Shown piece by piece: positions 41,851-52,173 of a DNA stretch of 64,000 bases. Below the pieces are notes generated by a model. That model searched no databases. It was not told the DNA's origin and saw only the letters and a program-made list of their open reading frames with translations. The first letter of the stretch is position 1; the number at the start of each line of letters is the position of its first letter. The DNA is taken from the NCBI GenBank assembly GCA_019828565.1, contig JAHDYR010000012.1, forward strand, positions 372,001-436,000. The letters run 5' to 3'. Both the position numbers and the translations under genes were made by a program. This DNA is from Carpediemonas membranifera BICM (lineage: Eukaryota; Protista; Fornicata).

Positions 41851-42150
41851 TCAATTAGCTTGCCCGGAGGCGAAGATTAGCGGCTGGTTAGCCGTAATTG
41901 GTGTATTGGGGCTATAGTTGGGAAGACGGGCTGGATTTCTGAAAGCACTGGCTTGATACTGTGCATCCGCCATGAGGCCGCAATCCAAGATGTTCTGTGC
42001 AGCAGTCTTGTCTCTGTGGGAGAGATTGAGCCAAGTGGTGGTAGGATCGGAATTGAGGCGTTGCTGTCTGTACCATGGAGCACCTTGACAATTCGGGTTG
42101 TGGCATCGCATCGTGCGCCTCGTGTAGCGAGTTCTACGGAGCCTCTGTGA
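41851..42150 (-). mobile_element. 5'-truncated Fanzor remnant (Zn-finger half, RuvC-III and putative omegaRNA)
   Basis: MRCHNPNCQGAPW..LNLSHRDKTAAQNIL..RLP..AN aligns with MLCENPQCRGAQW..LNVDHRDKSAAENIL..RLP..AN of the 34413 ORF. Confidence 0.88.
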
Positions 42151-42249
42151 TACTAGTCTGTCCGATAAACTGTTTACTTAAACTCACGATGACTCAGGGG
42201 TGCAGGGCAATATGACCCAATCAGCGCTCCACTCGTCAACCCAAAAACT

Positions 42250-42906
42250 TTACTCCTCTGCGATGTCCTTAGTGCCCTGTTCCAGCTCGGGTGCCGGTGT
42301 CGGGTCGACGTTGCCCTCCGCTTCCTCCTTGGGCTCCTCCTCGGCCTTGACCTCAGCCTCAGCCTCGGGTTCAGTCTCAGTGCCAACCATCTGCTTGTAC
42401 TGCTGCCATGTATCCCATACAACAGTGACGGTGGGCTTGATCGAGCTGAACTCGCCGAATTGGATGGTGATGGCCTTCTTGGTCTCCACGAGCAACGTCT
42501 TCGTGTCTGTGTGATTGATGGCCACGATCTCGCCGAGAGGGATGCAGATGCGGTATGTGTCGAAGGGAGCGCCGGCCTGGAAGCACATGAAGTTCTGAGA
42601 GATGCTCAAAATGCCGCGTACGAAGTTTGTCTTCTCTGAAAGAACGCGGCAGGTCCATTCGCCCGCAGGGATCTCAGATGAGGGTAGATTGAAGTTCCGC
42701 TGGTATGTTACATGCGCTGGCATCCCCGTTGTTGTGGTGACAGCGTGCTGGAGGTACAAAAGACCCTGAGAGCCCTTGAATACGACGCTGTCGGACGCAG
42801 ACTGTGTCCAATCCTTCGCACGTTGGAAAAAGCCCTTCTTCTCCTCCTTCTTGCCGAAGGGGTCTTCGATTGGCGCTGGTACTGGCTGCATGTCTTCACT
42901 CATCAA
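42250..42906 (-). CDS. GRAM-domain (GEM-like) protein
   Basis: YQRNFNLPSSE..WTC..RGILSISQNFMCF..ICIPLGEI. Confidence 0.82.
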   Translation of the reverse strand: MMSEDMQPVPAPIEDPFGKKEEKKGFFQRAKDWTQSASDSVVFKGSQGLLYLQHAVTTTTGMPAHVTYQRNFNLPSSEIPAGEWTCRVLSEKTNFVRGILSISQNFMCFQAGAPFDTYRICIPLGEIVAINHTDTKTLLVETKKAITIQFGEFSSIKPTVTVVWDTWQQYKQMVGTETEPEAEAEVKAEEEPKEEAEGNVDPTPAPELEQGTKDIAEE

Positions 42907-43126
42907 TCCGCAATTACGTGTTACATTCGGGACTATATATCGTCGGGCCAGCTGGAACTACCGACCAGCAGACACAGTGCTGGACCGATGCATGAGGGCT
43001 CCCTATGCCGCAGGTCGGGCAGCACAACAATGGCCATGATGCAACCAACAGGCCCCACATGGCCAAGGAGACACTTGTTTCGACCTTTACAATCTCACAA
43101 TGGACTATTCAATTATATACAGCGCA

Positions 43127-44029
43127 TCAAGTAAATATGGCCTGCAGCTGGGCGGCCATCGCCTCGTACGTATCCGGGAACTGCCCCCAGTCGAGCCCGG
43201 ACACCGCCCCGCCCCGGCCCTGTGCCTGGATCAGGTCCACCACAGACCCCACCTTGCCCTGGAACTGGGTAGTGTCCTGGTGTAGCTCCCGCACGAGCAG
43301 CGGGTTGGCGGTGGGGATACGGGCGAGGCTGCCCAGGGAGTCGGTCGGCTCCTCATCCGCATCGGGCCCGTGGTCGGGCAGGTCGAGCGACGCCACGGGC
43401 TGGGCGGCGGTTGGCGGCTCAGTGTCCGACTCGTCCAGGAGACCTGGGGCGTCCTGGGGCTCTTCAGCGGGTTCCTCCGATGGCTCTCGCCCATCAAGAT
43501 CAGGCGGTGCCTCGTCGGGAATGTCTTGCTCTTCCTCCTCCTCTTCTGCCTGCTCTTCTTCCTCCTCTTCTGCCTCGTCGTCTGGCTCCGACCCGTGCTC
43601 CACTGATCCCTCATCAGATTCCTTTTCGGATTCCACTTCGGGCACCTCCTCGGCCACAGATCCCTCGGACTCCATGAGGTTCTCGTCCATCTCGCCGGAT
43701 TCATCAGCATGGTCCGAATACCCGCCATCTCCGTCTCCGTCGTGCTCTTCGGCCTCCTCGACAGGAACCTCCTCATCCAATTCATCGACACCGGCATCGT
43801 CTGGCTCCATCGGATGTTGTGCGGCATCTTCACTCCCACTGTATTGTTCTTCTATGCCTTGTTCATCTTCTACGGCATCCTCTGCCTCGTATTCGCTCGC
43901 TTCAGCTGGTTCATCATCTTCAGGCATGGAAGGCTCCTCAGCTTGATCGCTGAGCACTTCCTGGTCGTATTCATCAATCTGCGTATCCTCAATGGCCTCA
44001 GCGACACCCTCTATCGTTTCGTCGTCCAT
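43127..44029 (-). CDS. Acidic low-complexity hypothetical protein
   Basis: E/D-rich ORF from MDDETIEG with a short helical C-terminus. Confidence 0.6.
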   Translation of the reverse strand: MDDETIEGVAEAIEDTQIDEYDQEVLSDQAEEPSMPEDDEPAEASEYEAEDAVEDEQGIEEQYSGSEDAAQHPMEPDDAGVDELDEEVPVEEAEEHDGDGDGGYSDHADESGEMDENLMESEGSVAEEVPEVESEKESDEGSVEHGSEPDDEAEEEEEEQAEEEEEEQDIPDEAPPDLDGREPSEEPAEEPQDAPGLLDESDTEPPTAAQPVASLDLPDHGPDADEEPTDSLGSLARIPTANPLLVRELHQDTTQFQGKVGSVVDLIQAQGRGGAVSGLDWGQFPDTYEAMAAQLQAIFT

Positions 44030-44084
44030 CAGTCTGTGCTCTCCGAAAATTCGACCCAGCCATCCATTTATACACTGGCCTTGG

Positions 44085-45372
44085 TCAGTCGGCCATGGTC
44101 TCCACCATTGACCCCGCTCTGCTGGCCTTGGGCGGCGACAGGACCGGCTGCTCGATGAGCTCCCGCAAGGCGTCACGCATCTCAGTGAACTTACCGGACC
44201 ACTTCTGAGCGATGTCGCGGCTCTTCGCCCGCATCTCGTCAAGCTCCGCAAGCAGCTCCTCGTTTGTCTTGAGGAGGTAGTCGTGCTTGGCGGTCAGCAC
44301 CTGGATCTGTCCGTCCTTCTTCTTCATGATCAGCTGTAGATCACTGTTCTCCGCCTTGAGATCCGTAACCTGCCGCTCGAGCTCCTGCAGCCTCCACAGC
44401 GTCTCCCTACTGCTAGGCGAGGGCGACATCCGGCCAGGAGACTGCGTCATACTGCGGGCCGCGGGGGTCGGCTCCACCCCGCTCGCCTCGACCCTGTCCA
44501 CCACCCCGCTCTGCCTAAGTCTGGGCGACGGCTCGTCCATGCCCTCCTCGTCGTCCATGCCGTCGTAGCCCTCGGCCCGGTGGGTGCCAAGCGCCACACC
44601 CTCCCAGAACCGCCGGGCTGGCTGCAGCGTGCTGTCGTCCCCGGCCAGCGAGGGAGTCCGTAACCTCCCGGTGGCGGGCCTCTTCTTGGCGACGCCCCCC
44701 GCCTGCAGCATCTTCAGCATCCTGTTATCCCACACCAATGGCGCCGCATCCTGCTCGACACTGGTCACAGGCTTCCCATTGAGCGTGTGGAGTCTCGGGA
44801 AGATCCGCACGAGCAGCAGCGACCTGAGCCTGGGTTCAGAGAGGCCCTGGGCTTTCAGCACGCTCTGCTTCTTGGTCCTCTTGCCACCTCTGAGCCTGTT
44901 GACGAATGATATTGGCAGCTTGTGGTTGCTCTGCAGTGTGGTGAGCTTGGCATCCAACTTCTCCAGGATGAAGCTTGGCAGGCGATAGGGGTTCTGTCGG
45001 AAATCAAGCTTCACGAGGTTGGGAAGGTAGCGCAGCGCGTCTAAACTCTCTATGCGGTGGAGCTGGTTCTTTGATCTGTGTGAGGTGGCGGCGACGGACG
45101 TACATGTCAAGCTCTTTGATCTGCTGGCAGTGCTCGATGCCTTTAAGATCGGTAAGATCATTGTCGGCCAGGGAAAGGACCTGGATGGATCTAAAACGCT
45201 GCAAGGACCGTCCAATGGACTCTATTTTGCCTCCAGTGCGGCTGAACATGTCGCTGAGGTCCAAAGTGCGGATTGTACCGATCGCATGGGAGTTCACAGG
45301 GCGTAGCGGTGATGCTACCGCCGAATTTGGTACGAATAGCGTTCGTATGATCCATTCTTCGCTTAGGATCAT
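44085..45372 (-). CDS. Leucine-rich repeat + coiled-coil protein, intron 45076-45103
   Basis: LSLADNDL, then LDISKNQL after removing GTACGT...CTCACACAG (28 nt), LDFRQNP, and LRRcap FPRLHTLNGKPV. Confidence 0.85.
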
Positions 45373-45573
45373 CGTCGTGTGGCCGAATTTTCGGGCTAGC
45401 TCACCGCTAAACTGCGCGTCCCGTCCGACGGTCGGAAAGGCAGACACTGGCTGGTTACGTGGGCAGCGGTATTATCGATCGGAGCAAGACAACTCATATT
45501 GGCCCGTGGAAGTAACGGCATTGACCCGAGTCCGAGATCCAGGCGCTGCTTCATTTACAACATGGATGCGACC

Positions 45574-46599
45574 TCACCGCCAGGCATGAACGGCGATGGC
45601 CTCCATGGGGCACTGGGCCCTCAGGTCCCGCGGGACGCCAGACCATAGCTGCGGACGGCCCAACACTGCCAGCCGCACCCCAGCATGCACCAGCCGCGTC
45701 ATGGCAGAGGCCACAGCGGGGTCCAGCTGCTCCCGGCCCACGCTGTCCGCGTCGCCTGAGAGGTCAAGCACGAGCACGGCGAAGGAGGGCGCGGCATGGC
45801 GGCTCTGGCTCTCCCCCATGCACTCTGTCCACAGGCTGGGGGTGCCACCTGAGGCCTCTGCCCGCTCTCTCAGCAGCGCCATCATTGCCTCGACCTGGGC
45901 GACTGACCGAGGGCCCTCCTCCGTCAGCCTCAGCGCCGCCTCGAGCTTCACACACAGCGAGTCGACCGCAGAGTCAATGGAGTCTCCCTTGGCCACTGGG
46001 ACGCCGGTCGGGGCGAGTAAAGCCTCCAGCCGCGGGCCGCAGAGGGTGATCCGGCCGACACCGCTGAGGAAGACGTTGATGCCACCAGCCACAAGCGTCG
46101 CTGCCGCATCTCTGAGCGCTTTCTCCGTATGCAGCGGGTCTGCGTCCAGCGCGGTCATCTCGAAGGGTGTGCGATACCCGTTATCCTTTGTCGGGACGCG
46201 GAGCTCCCGTATCGCATCGGTGCGGGGCGCGGGCTTGATGAGAAGGTTCCTGCTGGCCGTGGACTGCATCAGCTGGTGCGACTGGGTCCAGCTGCTGCCC
46301 GTATCGGCGCCGCTGAAGGCAAACTCGGACGCACTCAGGGTGCTGCCGTAAACATGCGTGTACGCCTGTCTGATGGACGTGCACGCCTGGTTCAGTGCTG
46401 TTGTAGTGAATTTGCTAGGATCAAGGGATAAGCTCTCGAGCTTCCCCGTTGTGTTCGCTGTTTCGATGCGATAAGGCCTCCTGTCGGTCCTGCGGACAAA
46501 TGGCGGCTCTTCTGTCGCAAACGGGATCATATGAAGCTCTTTGTTCAATATATCCACCGTCACAGGCTCAACAATCTCGCTCGTCGTTTGCTTCGCCAT
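45574..46599 (-). CDS. Hypothetical protein
   Basis: 341-aa ORF with host-like codon usage; no family recognised. Confidence 0.6.
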   Translation of the reverse strand: MAKQTTSEIVEPVTVDILNKELHMIPFATEEPPFVRRTDRRPYRIETANTTGKLESLSLDPSKFTTTALNQACTSIRQAYTHVYGSTLSASEFAFSGADTGSSWTQSHQLMQSTASRNLLIKPAPRTDAIRELRVPTKDNGYRTPFEMTALDADPLHTEKALRDAAATLVAGGINVFLSGVGRITLCGPRLEALLAPTGVPVAKGDSIDSAVDSLCVKLEAALRLTEEGPRSVAQVEAMMALLRERAEASGGTPSLWTECMGESQSRHAAPSFAVLVLDLSGDADSVGREQLDPAVASAMTRLVHAGVRLAVLGRPQLWSGVPRDLRAQCPMEAIAVHAWR

Positions 46600-46673
46600 T
46601 GATATGTCTCGTCACTGTGAGTGAAACTCGCTATAAATCGCCCAAATTCACGTAAATCGCTAAGGAATGCTAT

Positions 46674-47576
46674 TTACATGCTATGATATGTCACGAACGA
46701 GAGATCAGGCCTCTCGCACGCCTTCCGCTGCTCTGGATCCGTCGCCACGGCGCAGACCCGGCAGGCCCGGAAGGTGTTGAGCAGAAGGCGCCACACGGAG
46801 AGCGTCCAGATGATGTTGAGGGTCAGTAGGCCCATGAGGACGCCCTGGATGACGTAGCCGCCCCACAGGCTGTGCTGTCCGCTGACCATGGCCTTGTAGT
46901 GGGGGACGGTGAGCAAGGCGGGGACCAGGACCAGACGACACACGGGGAAGACGATGGCGAACAGCAGGAGCGGCACAAGGGACAGCGGGGGGCCGATGAG
47001 GTGGTTGCAGAGCTTGGAGAACTCGAGCGAGACGTCGGTGATGTCATGGAGGAAGACCATGGCGATGGCGAGGCGCACCTGGTGAGTGGAGTACATCAGC
47101 ACAGCCATGGTCAGTGCCAGGACATGGTGGATAATCATGAGGGTGTTGACGCGGTGCTTGACGAGACAGTTGGCGACGAGCACGGTTGTTGAGACGACAT
47201 AGTGCACAATCTCGAGGTAGACGACAAAGCGGTCCATCGTGGTCGCCTCGTATGCAGGGTAGTCGGTCCATAGACGGCTGCCGAGGGAGGGGTAGCGCTC
47301 TCGGAAGAGGACGATGTACGCTGTCGCCAGGAAGAAAATAAGATAAGTGGTCATATAGTGAAACGAGTCTGCGACGGAAGAGAGGGCGCTGGGATCGATA
47401 AAGCGCCGCACGACAACAATAATGCCATGCCTGTTCATCATTCTGAACCAAATGTACAATGCGAGGAGGATCCCAAGCGAAATGGCGATACTCTTCGGCT
47501 CTCCGTTCACATTCCTCACCATGGCGACGAGTGTACTCCAGAAGGCCCGAGGCTCACCCGCAAGTCCGTCCTCCAT
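46674..47576 (-). CDS. Ceramide synthase (LAG1/LAC1, TLC domain)
   Basis: Lag1 motif MIIHHV..VFLHDITDVSLEFSK..N; multiple TMs. Confidence 0.9.
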   Translation of the reverse strand: MEDGLAGEPRAFWSTLVAMVRNVNGEPKSIAISLGILLALYIWFRMMNRHGIIVVVRRFIDPSALSSVADSFHYMTTYLIFFLATAYIVLFRERYPSLGSRLWTDYPAYEATTMDRFVVYLEIVHYVVSTTVLVANCLVKHRVNTLMIIHHVLALTMAVLMYSTHQVRLAIAMVFLHDITDVSLEFSKLCNHLIGPPLSLVPLLLFAIVFPVCRLVLVPALLTVPHYKAMVSGQHSLWGGYVIQGVLMGLLTLNIIWTLSVWRLLLNTFRACRVCAVATDPEQRKACERPDLSFVTYHSM

Positions 47577-47713
47577 GCTATGCTCGAAGTTTTCAAACAA
47601 TCTCAACCCTACCTCAAAAAGCTGACCCCTGACATCCGGCTGTCAGCAACAGATTCACCGATGCCGCCGTCAACCCCGACATTGTCCCACTAACCTCGAG
47701 TAATTTAAGCCTC

Positions 47714-48445
47714 TTAACTGCGCTGCCCAAGCTCCTTTGCCTGGGTCAGGCTCGTCTTCCGGAGCTGGCGGTACTGCTCAACGATCGACTGCCGCTCCGC
47801 ACTCTCCTTGGTCGTACTCTTCTGCCGCGCCTCCTCCCGCTTTGTGAGCTCCTCCTGGTGCTTCCTCAGGAGTCGCGCCTCGCCGCTGATGTTGTGGAGG
47901 TCCCGGAAGTCGGGCGGGGCATTCGCCTGCTCGACGATGCCGATGATCTTGCTGTTTGTAGGGAACGTCGGGATGCCGTCCTCGTCGAGCTCGAAGCCCT
48001 CCGGGGAGACCTTCGGCTTGTTCTTCTCGGCCCGGGCCTTCTTGGCCTCCCTTGCCTTCGCGATCTTCTCCTTCTTGTAGTCCCGAAGCATGGTCTTCTT
48101 GCGGGTCATGTTCTTGTACCCGGACACCATGATCTGCCTGGTCTCGTCGTTCATGCGCTGCTCGAACTCGTGTTCAGTCTCACCAAGTTGCCGCGCCGAT
48201 ACAGGCTTTTGCTTCATCCTCTTCACTGTCTTTGGAACTTTGGGCTTTGTAACGGCCTCTTGCACTGCTAGGAGCCGCTTAAGGGAGTTCGGTATGTCAT
48301 CCTTGCCCGTGGGCGCCCTATTGGCCTTGTCTGAGCCCGAACGGGGCATAAACTCGTCCGATTTCACCTTAGCGCGGTGCCCTCGTGGCTGATGACTGCT
48401 TCTGCCCGACTTCTTCCTGCCCGAGTCCGATTTGCCCTTCTTCAT
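47714..48445 (-). CDS. CCDC137-like basic nucleolar protein
   Basis: IPNSLKRL, QLGETEHEFEQRM, EQANAPP, ERQSIVEQYRQL. Confidence 0.65.
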   Translation of the reverse strand: MKKGKSDSGRKKSGRSSHQPRGHRAKVKSDEFMPRSGSDKANRAPTGKDDIPNSLKRLLAVQEAVTKPKVPKTVKRMKQKPVSARQLGETEHEFEQRMNDETRQIMVSGYKNMTRKKTMLRDYKKEKIAKAREAKKARAEKNKPKVSPEGFELDEDGIPTFPTNSKIIGIVEQANAPPDFRDLHNISGEARLLRKHQEELTKREEARQKSTTKESAERQSIVEQYRQLRKTSLTQAKELGQRS

Positions 48446-48557
48446 TCAGCAACGTTCTCGGTGTGCACCTTAGCCGCACAACGTCACTCGTGTGAATCCC
48501 CCACCCCACAGCTTCCTCGCCCACCGCCCGTCAGTAACCTACTATCGATACAACAGT

Positions 48558-49262
48558 CTACCCCCGCTGGGCCCTGAGGGCGCTGACCTGGGCGATGAGG
48601 GCCGCCCGCTCCTCCTCCACCTCGTCCAGCTGCTTGTGGGCCTCTGTATTGGCCAATTTGGCCGCCTCGACCTTCGCCCTGAGGTCGTCGAGGTCCTCCT
48701 CCGCGGGGACGCTGACCTTGGCTTGTTCGGCCGTCAGCTTCGTAATTTCGTCCCGCAAGGGCTCCATCTCCGCCAAGAGCACGCGCTCCTCGTCTTTGAG
48801 CAGCCCGAGCTTAGCCTGCGCGGCAGCGTGCTCGCTCTTGACTGTCTGGATCTGCATCTTCATCCGCTCCACCTCCCGCTCGGACCCGGCGCTCTTGAGC
48901 TCCATGAGGCGGGTAAGCTGGCTCAGGATCACCGCATAGTTCTCACGGGCGCGGTAGAGGTGCTGGTCGTGACGTGCTCGCGCCTCGTGGATATCCTCGA
49001 CGAGTGTATCGTGGCGGGCCCTGGCGCAGTGGAAGAACTCGATCAGATCCCGGTTGAAGATCTTATCCAAGTGCTTGTTCTCATACAGCGACAGGATGGA
49101 CGCGAGCGGCGTGTCCTCGGCGTCAAAGTTGAGATGATCGGCCTGGGACTCGGTGTTGGTCTCACGGAGAGTTTCCAGGATCACACTGTATATGGACTCT
49201 ATCTTACGATCAAGCTGGTCGTTCTCTGTCTGCAGAACGGCCATGTCTGGTGGTGCCTCCAT
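48558..49262 (-). CDS. Coiled-coil hypothetical protein
   Basis: 234-aa heptad-rich ORF. Confidence 0.6.
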   Translation of the reverse strand: MEAPPDMAVLQTENDQLDRKIESIYSVILETLRETNTESQADHLNFDAEDTPLASILSLYENKHLDKIFNRDLIEFFHCARARHDTLVEDIHEARARHDQHLYRARENYAVILSQLTRLMELKSAGSEREVERMKMQIQTVKSEHAAAQAKLGLLKDEERVLLAEMEPLRDEITKLTAEQAKVSVPAEEDLDDLRAKVEAAKLANTEAHKQLDEVEEERAALIAQVSALRAQRG

Positions 49263-49527
49263 CGTTGAGAACTTTGAAACTCAGGCTGCAGTCGGGCGAC
49301 GACGAGCTGAGCGCATGTACATGTCATGAGAGTGCCTGGACAGCAGGGTAGCTATCGTGAACTCGGCGAAGTTTGGTTTGGCTTGGGCGGCATCTCGTCG
49401 CCACTTGACCGAGAGGGAAGCAAGGGGCGACACTCTTCATGCTGGGGTCTCCGGATACTCAACTCAACAGCTTCTACTCAACCTTGCGTCTATCCACCGC
49501 AGAGTCGTGAAGTCGAAACGGCAGGAA

Positions 49528-50130
49528 ATGTCTTCGGATGAGGATGAAATCGATTACCACGCGTATCTGATGAAAATCGTCAAAACGCCTGAACTTGAGA
49601 TGCTCCAGCCGTTCCCCGCCGCCGTGAATGATGACCCGCGCGACGAGGACCAGCTGAGGTTCTACCGCTCAATCCGGACGATCATGCACTTCAAAGCGCT
49701 CAGAAACGGACTCCTAAAGTACAACCACATCCCCAAGCTGCTCGAGATGATCGACGGGACCATCTCCACCGACCTCGCGCCCCTCTGCATGAACACAGAC
49801 GCCATAGCCAGGGCTGTGCTCAACATCGTGTACTTCAGCCGCAGCCTTTGCATGCACTACACCATCGAGGCCACAGCGCTGGGCCGCTGCAAGTACGACG
49901 GTGCCATGTTCGGTGAGTATCCCCGCAACTTCCTGCTCGAAGGGACCCTGGAGATCATGCGGAGCTGGACTGCCGGGGACGCCATGCAGGCCTGGGTCAC
50001 GGCGCTCAGGGACGAGGCCATGGTGACGCTTCCGGTGCTGGTGGCGTCCGACCTCGAGGATTTCGACGTCATCGCCTGCGAGCTGTACCGAAACTACTCC
50101 GCCCTCGTGCAGGAGTGTCTGGCGTACTAG
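49528..50130 (+). CDS. Hypothetical protein
   Basis: About 200 aa from MSSDEDE; strong codon bias; GTAAA signal follows. Confidence 0.6.
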   Translation: MSSDEDEIDYHAYLMKIVKTPELEMLQPFPAAVNDDPRDEDQLRFYRSIRTIMHFKALRNGLLKYNHIPKLLEMIDGTISTDLAPLCMNTDAIARAVLNIVYFSRSLCMHYTIEATALGRCKYDGAMFGEYPRNFLLEGTLEIMRSWTAGDAMQAWVTALRDEAMVTLPVLVASDLEDFDVIACELYRNYSALVQECLAY

Positions 50131-50332
50131 GGTTCATAGCATGTAAATATAGACTATAGACGACAGCGGGGTCACTGCTGAAAGAAATGAAAGACCGGGG
50201 CCGCCATTCGAGAGCCGCATTGGAGAGAGCACTCGCCTGGACCCCAAGCCATATCGCAGCATGTCTCCTGTCAGAACATGATTTACATGATTTATGTCTG
50301 TTACATGCCTTGGAGCTGACAACGAACGAGCG

Positions 50333-50869
50333 ATGCCAAACTGCGCGGATTTCTCACCGAGCGAGGATGTCGTCACTCAATGGAATGATACCAACACAGA
50401 TATCCAGAGCCTTGTGTATAACACACTCGCAGACCCGTACATCTGGCAATTCGAGGAGCTTATTCACACAGCGGTTGGCCAGGTGATCGCAACGGACTCC
50501 CAATACGCTACATGCAACGAATACATGCACACAATGATGTTCAAACCATATTCGGGGACACATTCAGAGTGGGATGACGTGCTGAAGACGAAGCATCGCA
50601 GGATATGCATCATCCGCGCCATAGAGTCCCTCAACGGCATCGCCGTCAAGTTCCCAGACATACTTGAAGTCTCTGGCGTCGGTCTCACCGCCGCTGCCCT
50701 CGAGAGGGAGCTGATGGACCTCATCATGGGCGGGCTCGTCAGCGGCGCCATCGACTCGGAGTCTCAGGCTGTCGAGGTCACTGGGTACATCGATCTAGAC
50801 GTCTGCGAGGAGAGGCGGGCTGCAGCAGACGCCCTGCTGGCCAAGTGGCTGGGCCGCATCTCGGTCTGA
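50333..50869 (+). CDS. PCI-domain protein, COP9 signalosome subunit 7-like
   Basis: TLADPYIWQFEELI, K+R motif KTKHRRICI, LERELMDLIMGGLVSGAIDSESQAVEV..DLDV, LAKW. Confidence 0.72.
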   Translation: MPNCADFSPSEDVVTQWNDTNTDIQSLVYNTLADPYIWQFEELIHTAVGQVIATDSQYATCNEYMHTMMFKPYSGTHSEWDDVLKTKHRRICIIRAIESLNGIAVKFPDILEVSGVGLTAAALERELMDLIMGGLVSGAIDSESQAVEVTGYIDLDVCEERRAAADALLAKWLGRISV

Positions 50870-50955
50870 GGCGCTTTGTTGATCCTCTCACAAAACCTGC
50901 TTGTGTCTGGAGCTACTGCCCTGAGCTGGCCGACCCCGAGTCCGACTGCACGGCG

Positions 50956-51914
50956 ATGACGAACGAGTATATCCGCCCTTCGTCGCCGATAGGGTACGGA
51001 ATCACACTGAGAACGAGACGACAGCGCATATGAGCGGCTGAAAGCAAGTGGGCCGCCAAACCTGCAACTTCGCCCGGAACGCCACACCCCGTCTCCTGAG
51101 CGGACGCCGAGCACATCGCCGTCGGCACGCTGCAATCTGGGCTTCAACGACGTATCATTTACGTAAAACCGTTTACATATCCTGCACGCTCACTCACCGA
51201 AGCCTCTTCGCCCGCCCGCATCCCTCAGCCCGCCGTGTTCGTCTCCCGGCAGCACTTGTTCTTCGGCAGCGGTACGCAGCCGGTCATCAACCGGCTCCGC
51301 AGGGCAGACCCGGCCCAGGGCGTGTCGGTGAGCCTCACCGTCGACCGGCGGACCCACTCTGCGACTGCCACGTTCCCGCCATTCGCCATTCACCTCGGGC
51401 CACTCGAGACGGCAACGGTGGAAGTCACGTGGCGCCCCCCGGCGGCCCCTGTGAGGTCGGGCCGGCTGGAGGACTCGTCATTGACGCGGCAGGGGCGGCA
51501 TACTAGGTGCCCCTGCTCGCCGTCCCCGGCCAGCGCCAGGTCGTCGTGGGTCGCACCGCCGTGTTCAGCGGGGACAGCCAGCTTTACGGGTCAGTCGAGC
51601 TCGAGAACAAGGGCACCGCGCCGGCCTTCGTGCAGTTCGAGCACGGGGCGGTACCAGAGTCGCCTGTGGTCATGCCAGGGGCGACGGTTATGTGTAAGGT
51701 CCGGGGGACAGCCGGGCAGGATCGGATCTTCGAGTATAGATACGAAACCGGATCCGAGCCTCTCCGTGTTCTTGCCGCACAGGCCGGGGTCAACGATTGC
51801 CCCGCGCTGTCCCGTCAGGAACCCCCGGCCATGCTCAGTCGAGTGGCGCTGACGGCCGAGCAGGTCGAGCCGTTCTTCAGGGCGGGGCATGCTCTGATCG
51901 CCAAGGGCAAGTAG
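50956..51914 (+). pseudogene. Disrupted gene with ASH/Ig-like (CEP192/SPD-2-like) segments
   Basis: In-frame TGA at 51031 and 51097, frame change at ~51470, TAG at 51504. Motifs LGPLETATVEVTWRP and ELENKGTAPAFV. Confidence 0.45.
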
Positions 51915-52173
51915 GGTAGAGTAAACAAGGTTCCGCTTGAAAGGGCCGGTCATATTTCATATCGCGGCAATGACTCTTGCCCGGGGCCTGCTGGGGAGGT
52001 GTATGCTGGCAATGGCATGATGTTGTGATGCTTGATGTGCACGACACCGTGGACGCCTCCTGCCCCTTCTCCATGGAAAACAGGGGCGCCGCATTGGGCA
52101 GTGGTGCACGGTTGTGCTAACCATCTGAACGTAAAGGGACCCACTGGTACGACACAGCGATCTTTATAACGAA

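Noticed and set aside
51031-51506. Stop-codon reassignment (TGA or TAR read as sense)
   Set aside because: All three stops terminate conserved genes in this window, and the affected loci also have frameshifts.
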